24,000 bases of DNA, from positions 1 through 24,000 of the forward strand of contig JAHEPY010000002.1 of NCBI GenBank assembly GCA_019561565.1. The letters run 5' to 3'. Shown here piece after piece: positions 9,591-19,025 of the stretch; the stretch's first letter is position 1; each line of letters starts with the position of its first letter. Both the position numbers and the translations under genes were made by a program. Source of the DNA: Methanothermococcus sp. SCGC AD-155-M21 (GTDB lineage Archaea > AGJL01 > Methanococci > Methanococcales > Methanococcaceae). The notes under the pieces are model-generated. The model worked only from the letters and a program-made list of their open reading frames with translations, ran no database searches and had not been told where the DNA came from.

Positions 9591-9792
9591 ATTCTCTTTA
9601 TTATCTTGGTTAAGGCAATATATATAAACTTGGCAGTATTCTCTTTATATTCTATTTATTGTCTGTATTATATCCTTTTATTTTATTATTGTCCTATATT
9701 TTTAGTTATTTATTTATAGATCTTAAGTTAATTTTATTTATTCTATTAAATTTTTTTAATTTTTTTTATAATATTAAATTATAGGGGATTTT

Positions 9793-10959
9793 ATGAATAT
9801 TGGAGTTGTTGTTCATGGGCCTGAAATAGTGGATAATGGATATGCTGAAAAAATTTTAAAAATATTAAGGGAATTCTCAAAGGAATATGGCCTAAAAATA
9901 AACATAAATGCCAAGATTGGGGGTAATATTGGAAGAACTGCCGTAATAGATAGAAATTTAGAAAGGATCATAGATATATCTGAAAAACTTTATCCCTCTC
10001 AATGTTTAAAGAAATTAAAGGATAATGATATATTACTCTTAATAAACTATGGCAAATCCAAAGAAACTGGGCATACCTTTGGAAGGATTGTTATAGAAAG
10101 GGCAAACATAGATAAACCCATAATCCAGATAGAGAGGCCAGGGGAAGTTGATGGATCTATAATAATATGGAATAAAGAAAAAATGGAGGAGGGCAGTGAA
10201 AAATATTTAAATAAATTAATAGAATACCTATCAAATAAATTGAATTTAAATAGTGAGGAATGCATAAGTAATGGTTTAACCCTATGGGAGGAGGATGGCA
10301 AGGTATTTAGAAAAATAAGTACTGTTGATGCTGGGGAAAATATTATGGTAAATGGCATAATAATAGGTTATGCAATAAAAAATCCAATTATACTAATATC
10401 TAAAGATAATAGGTTGATTGATGTAATTAATGGAGAAATAAAAAAAGAGGGTATGGAACGCTTAGGTCCTATAGATTTAAAAAATGCCATTATAAAAACA
10501 GGTATTTTAAGGAGAAATATTCCCAATATTCCATACAACATAGGGGGCATAAAAAATATGGAAAATAAACCCTCCATTAAACTATCTGAAAGGGGGAGTG
10601 TTCTTATTTTATGGGATACAAAAAGAGATATTTTAAAGGAGTTAAATAATAAAAATATATCCAGTATAATCACAATAGGCAGTGATACAACCATAATTTA
10701 TGGCAATATGTTATGGAGATTTAATATTAAAATAATAGGAATAGTTGAGGATGATTTCCATAATCATAACATAATTAAAAATCCCTTAATAACCAAGGGT
10801 TCTAAGATATTTTTAATAAAAAATAAAACTAATGCTCCCATTTATAAATTAATATGGAATAATTTAAAAAATAAAGAATTAAAGTACGATGATACTTTAA
10901 ATTACATTAATAATCTGTTGGATAGAAATAATGTTGATTATGATATTATTAATAGTTAG
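9793..10959 (+). CDS. Hypothetical protein (conserved-archaeal look, no family recognised)
   Basis: 388-aa ORF with the SD-like aggggatt before the ATG. It is Asn/Ile/Lys-rich but not low complexity. No nuclease, helicase or Cas-type motifs were recognised. Confidence 0.65.
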   Translation: MNIGVVVHGPEIVDNGYAEKILKILREFSKEYGLKININAKIGGNIGRTAVIDRNLERIIDISEKLYPSQCLKKLKDNDILLLINYGKSKETGHTFGRIVIERANIDKPIIQIERPGEVDGSIIIWNKEKMEEGSEKYLNKLIEYLSNKLNLNSEECISNGLTLWEEDGKVFRKISTVDAGENIMVNGIIIGYAIKNPIILISKDNRLIDVINGEIKKEGMERLGPIDLKNAIIKTGILRRNIPNIPYNIGGIKNMENKPSIKLSERGSVLILWDTKRDILKELNNKNISSIITIGSDTTIIYGNMLWRFNIKIIGIVEDDFHNHNIIKNPLITKGSKIFLIKNKTNAPIYKLIWNNLKNKELKYDDTLNYINNLLDRNNVDYDIINS

Positions 10960-11186
10960 AATTTTCTTATTTTTATTATATGAGGATATATTCTTTTATT
11001 GAGATGAATTAATATTAAAAAAATTAAAAATTATAATAAAATTTAATTTTAGAATTTTAATTTAGTTTTTTATATTCATATATTTAAATTTATTAAAAAT
11101 TATTATTATTTTTTATTTTTTTAATTATTTTATTTTTTTTATTAAATAATTTATAAACAAAAAATAATGGGTTTCCATCCCACTAT

Positions 11187-11235
11187 CTCAAAATTCCTTC
11201 GGAATTTTTACGATTTACTCGCTTCGCTCGTAAAT
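11187..11235 (-). repeat. 49-nt insert inside CRISPR repeat R1 (composite repeat 11171-11249)
   Basis: The sequence ctcaaaattccttcggaatttttacgatttactcgcttcgctcgtaaat splits the repeat between ...cactat and ggtctgattttaac. It is identical to the copy at 14344-14392. Confidence 0.95.
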
Positions 11236-11782
11236 GGTCTGATTTTAACTAGAGCAATAGAAACTGGTATTCCGTTAATACCTGCAAGTTTCCATCCCAC
11301 TATGGTCTGATTTTAACTGTATAAATGCATTGAGTTTAGGACAATCACATTTTGCGTTTCCATCCCACTATGGTCTGATTTTAACTATATATTGAAACAT
11401 CATATTGCCATAAGAATTTTAAGTTTCCATCCCACTATGGTCTGATTTTAACATATTGGATTTTCTATTGATTTTGATTTATTGCATAATTAGTTTCCAT
11501 CCCACTATGGTCTGATTTTAACTTAAAGGATTAGTAATGGATTTAGAGAAGATATAAAAGTTTCCATCCCACAATGGTCTGATTTTAACTATTTTGATTA
11601 TGATGATGCATATACAAGTATATTAAAGTTTCCATCCCACTATGGTCTGATTTTAACATATAATAAATCTTTTAAATATAAAAATCAAATATTTAATTTG
11701 TTTCCATCCCACAATGGTCTGATTTTAACAAACCAATACGAGCGGTTATGGAAAGAATTTTAAAAGGTTTCCATCCCACAAT

Positions 11783-11831
11783 CTCAAAATTCCTTCGGAA
11801 TTTTTACGATTTACTCGCTACGCTCGTAAAT
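11783..11831 (-). repeat. 49-nt insert inside CRISPR repeat R9 (composite repeat 11767-11845)
   Basis: This is the same 49-mer at the same repeat position, with one substitution (T to A at 11820). Confidence 0.95.
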
Positions 11832-14343
11832 GGTCTGATTTTAACATAGTAATGAATATATAGAATTTTTAATAAGTAGTATAGGTTTCCATCCCACAAT
11901 GGTCTGATTTTAACCTCCCGGATATGATTTAAATCAAGAAACTAATAAATCGTTTCCATCCCACAATGGTCTGATTTTAACACTGTTAGATTTTTAGGCC
12001 CATCTCCAGTTATAGTCTGTTTCCATCCCACAATGGTCTGATTTTAACCCATTAATGTCCAGGACCCATATAAAAACCTGGTTTTGTTTCCATCCCACAA
12101 TGGTCTGATTTTAACAAGTTTCTCCAAACTCCTCAACTTCAGCAATTAATAGGTTTCCATCCCACAATGGTCTGATTTTAACAGAGTATGATCACATAAA
12201 AAGGATAAAAGTTAAATGTTTCCATCCCACAATGGTCTGATTTTAACTTAATACCCTCACTCATGCATTTTCCCTCTTTCCTGGTTTCCATCCCACAATG
12301 GTCTGATTTTAACGGGGTTCCTGCCAGGTCCTTTTGATTCAAAACCCATCTCCAGTTATAGTCTGTTTCCATCCCACAATGGTCTGATTTTAACCCATAC
12401 ACTCAAGAACAATCTGACAGCACAGAATTCAGTTTCCATCCCACAATGGTCTGATTTTAACATGTAGCAATGATATTATCCATAGTTTCCAAATTCGACG
12501 TAGTTTCCATCCCACAATGGTCTGATTTTAACAAATTATAAAATCTATGAACCTAACTTATTACGAGTTGTTTCCATCCCACAATGGTCTGATTTTAACG
12601 TATTTATTTTAACTTTTAATTTATATGATAATCCAGGTTTCCATCCCACAATGGTCTGATTTTAACTCACTGCCCCAAATGTGCAGATTTATGAATATTC
12701 CTCGTTTCCATCCCACAATGGTCTGATTTTAACTTCATGAGGGGAGAATTTTTAGGAGAGAACTTAGTCAAGTTTCCATCCCACAATGGTCTGATTTTAA
12801 CAATAGATAAGTATAATATTAATTTATATGACTATAAATGTTTCCATCCCACAATGGTCTGATTTTAACGATATATTAGATGATAAAATCCTTGAGATAA
12901 TACCTGGTTTCCATCCCACAATGGTCTGATTTTAACATCCTCCCTCATCATTAGAAAAAACCAGATGTAAATGGTTTCCATCCCACAATGGTCTGATTTT
13001 AACATTAATTTTCCAATATCCTTGCTTTTGATATATTCAAGTTTCCATCCCACAATGGTCTGATTTTAACATGCACTGTATCCTCTTGCATCCCAATTCC
13101 CTGAATTCATGGAAGTTTCCATCCCACAATGGTCTGATTTTAACTGATTACGTGATTTATACAGATGCCAATACCTATAAGTTTCCATCCCACAATGGTC
13201 TGATTTTAACTACCTTTAAGGTTATACTTTAATTTTAATAATTCTAATGTTTCCATCCCACAATGGTCTGATTTTAACCGTATGAATATACCCATATAAA
13301 AAGTTTCCATCCCACAATGGTCTGATTTTAACTTTACATAAGAAGAAACTAAAACATACCCTGCATTTTTGTTTCCATCCCACAATGGTCTGATTTTAAC
13401 GATGTTTAATGGAACACACAATGAACAATTCAGGAATTTGTTTCCATCCCACAATGGTCTGATTTTAACTATTTTTTTTCATATGCTCATATGTCTTTAT
13501 CATCTGTTTCCATCCCACAATGGTCTGATTTTAACAAGATTATATATAAGAATATGATTATACAGAAATAGGTTTCCATCCCACAATGGTCTGATTTTAA
13601 CAAATCGACAAGTTGTCTGTAAAAGAATTAATAGAACTAAGTTTCCATCCCACAATGGTCTGATTTTAACAATTAAATGAAAATGAAATAAAACAAATAA
13701 TAGAAGATTGTTTCCATCCCACAATGGTCTGATTTTAACCTTCTACTTAATAAAGTTATATTTCCATCTCTAACTTCGTTTCCATCCCACAATGGTCTGA
13801 TTTTAACTCGTATTTGCTTGGAAAAGATATTTTAAAGGTGATACAAGTTTCCATCCCACAATGGTCTGATTTTAACTTTAACACTAAGACTGATAAAGGG
13901 ATATACATAAAAATGATGTTTCCATCCCACAATGGTCTGATTTTAACAAAACCCATGCGTACTAGTAATATACATATTCTTTTAATTAGTTTCCATCCCA
14001 CAATGGTCTGATTTTAACTGTAATCATACCAGCATCAACTGTACAGATACTATACAAGTTTCCATCCCACAATGGTCTGATTTTAACTGGAAATTAATAA
14101 GTAATCCTATTAAACACAAATTTGAGTTTCCATCCCACAATGGTCTGATTTTAACATACCATATAAGATTATACACAAGTACCCCAGAAGCATTGTTTCC
14201 ATCCCACAATGGTCTGATTTTAACTGCATGCCCTATATTCGTTGAATTACGGCTATTTTTGTTTCCATCCCACAATGGTCTGATTTTAACTAGAAAAATA
14301 TAGAAATGAAATAGAAAGTATTTATGAGTTTCCATCCCACAAT

Positions 14344-14392
14344 CTCAAAATTCCTTCGGAATTTTTACGATTTACTCGCTTCGCTCGTAAAT
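14344..14392 (-). repeat. 49-nt insert inside CRISPR repeat R46 (composite repeat 14328-14406)
   Basis: This is the same 49-mer at the same repeat position. Hairpin aaaattcc (14347-14354) / ggaatttt (14358-14365) is followed by T5. A second inverted repeat is tttacga (14364-14370) / tcgtaaa (14385-14391). Confidence 0.95.
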
Positions 14393-14441
14393 GGTCTGAT
14401 TTTAACTACCCAGACTGAGATAAACCTAACAATAACCAACA

Positions 14442-14471
14442 CGCTTCGCTCGTAAATGGTCTGATTTTAAC
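14442..14471 (-). repeat. Truncated leader-adjacent unit: the last 16 nt of the insert fused to the 14-nt right half of the repeat
   Basis: The unit reads cgcttcgctcgtaaat + ggtctgattttaac. The left repeat half (gtttccatcccacaat) and 33 nt of the insert are absent. Confidence 0.9.
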
Positions 14472-14519
14472 AGTTAATAATTTTCTTTATTTTACTATAA
14501 AGAAGGTTGTATCTTCTCC

Positions 14520-14527
14520 TATATAAA
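14520..14527 (-). promoter_or_regulatory. Candidate TATA box (TTTATATA on the - strand) for pre-crRNA transcription
   Basis: This is a perfect methanogen box-A consensus about 50 nt upstream of the first array unit. The predicted start is about 25 nt before the repeat. AT-rich background makes chance matches likely. Confidence 0.35.
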
Positions 14528-14561
14528 CCTTTCTATCTCGAATCTATAATAAGGGCACTTC

Positions 14562-14569
14562 TATATAAA
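14562..14569 (-). promoter_or_regulatory. Second candidate TATA box (TTTATATA on the - strand) in the leader
   Basis: This is a perfect consensus octamer, with the same caveat as the first box. Confidence 0.3.
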
Positions 14570-14941
14570 GACCTGCGACTTGATAATCCTCCTTATTTTA
14601 ATCCACACAACCCTAAAATTAATTAAATAAAATAAATAAAGAAAAATTATAAGGAAAACACAATAAACCCAAATAAACTTACCTAATTAATCTAAATCTC
14701 AATAAATTATTAAATCTAAATATATAAAATAATCATAATCCACAATCGATATGAGATCAAAAATCCTATCTTATTTTAATATTTAACAAATTAAAAAAAT
14801 CTTAAAAATAAAACCAAGACCCTACTCCAAGATAAAATAATCCAAAAAAATAAAACACATAGAAAATATTATAAATTTTAAAATTTAATAAAAAGATTAA
14901 GTTTATATAATTTTATTTTTTATTATAATAAAAGGGAGATT

Positions 14942-15499
14942 ATGAAAAAAATAGTAGTATGTATAAGTGGTGCAAGTGGAGTTTGTTATGCCAAAAGGCT
15001 ACTTGAGGTATTAAAGGAAAAAAATGTGGAAACACACTTAATAATTTCCAATTCAAGTAAAAAAATAATAAAACATGAATTAAATACAGATATTGAGGAA
15101 TTTATAGAATTATCCAATAAGTATTATGAAAATGAGGATTTTTTTTCTCCATTGGCATCAGGCTCCCATATATTTGATGCTGCTGTGGTAATCCCATGCT
15201 CCATGAAGACCCTGTCCTCCATAGCCAATGGATATAGCAATAATTTAATATGCCGGGTATGTGATATAGCCCTAAAGGAAAGGAGAAAATTAATAATTAT
15301 GCCAAGAGAGATGCCTTTAAATGCCATACATCTTGAAAATATGCTTAAATTATCAAAATTAGGTGTTATAATCATGCCTCCAATTCCAGGGTTCTATGGA
15401 AAACCTAAAACCATAGAGGATATTATTGATTTTATAGTTGGAAGGGTATTGGATAGTTTGGGCTTGGAAAATGAATTATTTAGAAGATGGGGAGAATAA
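14942..15499 (+). CDS. ubiX: Flavin prenyltransferase UbiX/Pad1 family
   Basis: KIVVCISGASGVCYAKRLLEVL is a flavoprotein N-terminus. The motifs VVIPCSMKTLSSIANG and IIMPREMPL match the family, and the 185-aa size is typical. Confidence 0.9.
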   Translation: MKKIVVCISGASGVCYAKRLLEVLKEKNVETHLIISNSSKKIIKHELNTDIEEFIELSNKYYENEDFFSPLASGSHIFDAAVVIPCSMKTLSSIANGYSNNLICRVCDIALKERRKLIIMPREMPLNAIHLENMLKLSKLGVIIMPPIPGFYGKPKTIEDIIDFIVGRVLDSLGLENELFRRWGE

Positions 15500-15533
15500 C
15501 CTTTAATTTTTATAATATTATAGGTGTGGTATT

Positions 15534-16889
15534 ATGCTTGATAAATTGGGAAAGAATATAACAACTGCATTAAATAAATTAAAAAACGCTACTTTTGTAG
15601 ATAAAAAACTTGTAAAGGAGGTAATTAAGGATATTCAAAAGGCATTAATACAGGCCGATGTAAATGTAAAGTTAGTACTTAAAATGAGTAAAGAGATTGA
15701 AAAGAGGGCAATTTATGAAGATGTACCTAAGGGGCTCTCAAAAAAGGAACATATTATAAAAATAGTCTATGAGGAATTAATAAAATTACTCGGAGAAAAT
15801 GAACAAAAATTGAAATTGGATCCAAAAAAACAAACTGTTATTTTACTTGTAGGTATTCAGGGTAGTGGTAAAACAACCAGTTCTGCAAAACTTGCAAGAT
15901 ACGTACAAAAAAAGGGATTAAAGCCAGGTTTAATAGCCGCAGATGTATATAGGCCTGCAGCCTATAAACAATTAAAACAACTTGCTGAAAAAATACATGT
16001 ACCTCTCTATGGAGATGAATCAAAAACAAAGACTCCAGTGGAGATTGCCAAGGATGGAATAAACCACTTTAAAAAAATGGATGTTATAATAGTAGATACT
16101 GCTGGAAGACATAAGGAAGAGAAGGGATTACTGGATGAAATGAAGGAGATGAAGGAAACTGTTAAACCTGATGAAATTATACTTGTAATTGATGGTACAT
16201 TGGGACAACAGGCTAAAAATCAGGCTAAGGCCTTTAAAGATGCTGTAGGAGATATTGGAAGTATATTGGTTACTAAATTGGATGGTTCTGCAAAGGGAGG
16301 TGGAGCCCTTAGTGCAGTATCTGAAATAAATGCCCCTATAAAATTCATTGGGACAGGGGAAAATGTAGATAGTTTGGAGCCCTTTGATCCAAAAAAGTTT
16401 ATTTCAAGGCTTCTTGGTATGGGGGATTTAGACTCCCTTCTGGAAAAAACAGAGGATATTATAGATGAGGACACAGAGGAAAGCATTGATGCCATACTAA
16501 AGGGAAAATTTACCCTTAATGAATTATATTCTCAATTGGAGGCTATATCCAAGATGGGACCTATGAAGCAAATAATGAGTATGATACCTGGATTTGGTGG
16601 CGCCATATCTAAGGATGCTGCAAATCTTACAGAGCAGAAGTTAAAAAAATATAAAATAATAATGGATTCCATGACCATTAAAGAAAAGGAAAATCCTGAG
16701 GTAATTAAATCATCCAGGATGAAAAGAATATCCAGGGGGGCAGGAGTAAAGCAGGAGGAAATAAAGGAACTTTTAAGGTACTATGCCTCCACTAAAAATG
16801 CATTCCAAAATTTAAAGAGGGGTAAAATGCTTAAAATGGGGGGCCCTGTTGGAAAAATAATGAGACAGTTAATGTATAAGGATGGTTAG
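15534..16889 (+). CDS. srp54: Signal recognition particle protein SRP54
   Basis: The GTPase motifs are [21 protein letters not shown] and [14 protein letters not shown]. The C-terminal M domain is Met-rich ([13 protein letters not shown]). Confidence 0.95.
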   Translation: MLDKLGKNITTALNKLKNATFVDKKLVKEVIKDIQKALIQADVNVKLVLKMSKEIEKRAIYEDVPKGLSKKEHIIKIVYEELIKLLGENEQKLKLDPKKQTVILLVGIQGSGKTTSSAKLARYVQKKGLKPGLIAADVYRPAAYKQLKQLAEKIHVPLYGDESKTKTPVEIAKDGINHFKKMDVIIVDTAGRHKEEKGLLDEMKEMKETVKPDEIILVIDGTLGQQAKNQAKAFKDAVGDIGSILVTKLDGSAKGGGALSAVSEINAPIKFIGTGENVDSLEPFDPKKFISRLLGMGDLDSLLEKTEDIIDEDTEESIDAILKGKFTLNELYSQLEAISKMGPMKQIMSMIPGFGGAISKDAANLTEQKLKKYKIIMDSMTIKEKENPEVIKSSRMKRISRGAGVKQEEIKELLRYYASTKNAFQNLKRGKMLKMGGPVGKIMRQLMYKDG

Positions 16890-17056
16890 TATATATGGGA
16901 TAATACATTTAAATAAGATATAATTAATAATAAAAAATTATAATATATAATTAAATAGGGGTTAAATATAAGGATAAAGAATAAAAATATTAAAAAATAT
17001 TTATTAAAAAATATTAAAAGAGGAATATAGTAAAATAAAATTTAGTATAGTAATAA

Positions 17057-18322
<1,266 letters not shown>

Positions 18323-18642
18323 CTTTATATATATTATCTTAAATTTATTCTAATGAGCAATATTTTTATATAGTATAGTTAGAACATATATTTATTAAAA
18401 TATTTATTTTTAATTATATTATAATATTTAATTATTTAATTCAATTTTAAGTATTTTTTTAAATATTATTTTTAAAAATTTATTTTTAATTATATTTTTA
18501 ATTATTTTAACTATTATTATAACTATTACTATAACTACATAATATATTTTTTAATATTTAAATACATAGATATACAAAAAGTATAAAAATAACTTACAAC
18601 TATCTGCTATGGTTATAACTAAGTTAATAAATATCTAAACAC

Positions 18643-18678
18643 GGGGACTTCACTGAATAACATGATCAGGAAGCCTCT
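18643..18678 (+). promoter_or_regulatory. GC-containing hairpin in the rpl30e 5' leader (K-loop-like CUGA...AUGAUCA)
   Basis: The stem cttc-a-ctga (18648-18656) pairs with tcag-gaag (18666-18673) around a 9-nt loop. It is the only GC-rich island in a ~380-nt AT-rich spacer and lies about 35 nt upstream of the SD. Confidence 0.3.
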
Positions 18679-18706
18679 GGAGTAAAAAATGAGAAGGAGG
18701 TATAAT

Positions 18707-19015
18707 ATGGATATTAATAGAGCTATAAGAGTTGCAGTAGATACTGGAAATGTAATATTAGGTACAAAAGAGACCATAAAATCCGTAAAACATGGAGAAG
18801 GTATATTGGTAATATTAGCAGCAAATTGTACAAAGGATACAATGAATGATATAAAACACTATGCAAAATTATCAAATATACCAATTTATATCCATAACCC
18901 AACATCATTGGAGTTAGGAGCCATTTGTGGAAAACCTTTCCCTGTTTCTGCACTATTGATTGTTGAACCTGGAAACTCAAATATCTTGAATATTATAAAC
19001 AAAGAAGGACAATAG
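18707..19015 (+). CDS. rpl30e: 50S ribosomal protein L30e
   Basis: The ATG at 18707 lies 6 nt after aggagg. The sequence [29 protein letters not shown]...[36 protein letters not shown] matches the L30e family, and the gene holds the conserved position before nusA. Confidence 0.9.
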   Translation: MDINRAIRVAVDTGNVILGTKETIKSVKHGEGILVILAANCTKDTMNDIKHYAKLSNIPIYIHNPTSLELGAICGKPFPVSALLIVEPGNSNILNIINKEGQ

Positions 19016-19025
19016 GTGGTATTTA

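Larger units (their letters stand above)
11171..14471 (-). CRISPR. CRISPR array of 46 repeats plus one truncated leader-side unit, with 46 spacers
   Basis: The 30-nt repeat is gtttccatcccacaatggtctgattttaac on the + strand. Read on the - strand it ends ATGGAAAC, resembling the canonical 8-nt crRNA 5' handle ATTGAAAC/G, hence the - orientation. Spacers are mostly 35-42 nt and unique. The variant repeat (cactat) is confined to the left end (R1-R5 and R7). The longer non-coding flank lies on the right. Confidence 0.97.
14472..14941 (-). promoter_or_regulatory. Probable CRISPR leader
   Basis: A ~470-bp non-coding, AT-rich flank lies next to the non-degenerate end of the array. It has strong strand asymmetry, with the + strand nearly G-free from about 14575 to 14900. 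Its size matches the long leader segments known for Methanococcales arrays. Confidence 0.6.

Noticed and set aside
9793-10959. Whether the array-adjacent gene is a cas gene
   Set aside because: No RAMP G-rich loop, HD, Cas1/Cas2/Cas4 or helicase motifs are recognisable. It is kept only as a low-interest item to verify.
11187-11235. The idea that the 49-nt insert is an archaeal bulge-helix-bulge intron spliced out of the pre-crRNA
   Set aside because: I could not build the required exon-exon helix from the flanking repeat halves (...CAGACC / ATTGTGGG...) or two 3-nt bulges spaced by 4 bp. The idea remains testable by RNA-seq but is unsupported by the sequence.
12178-14335. Many 60-100-aa ORFs on both strands inside the array, with recurring peptides KSDHCGMET, KIRPLWDGN and FPSHNGLILT
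   Set aside because: The recurring peptides are simply the CRISPR repeat translated in different frames. No independent coding signal exists.
14741-14756. ataatccacaatcg in the leader resembles the repeat core atcccacaatgg, a possible relic repeat
   Set aside because: The match is only about 9 nt with an indel and has no flanking repeat halves. It is within chance expectation.
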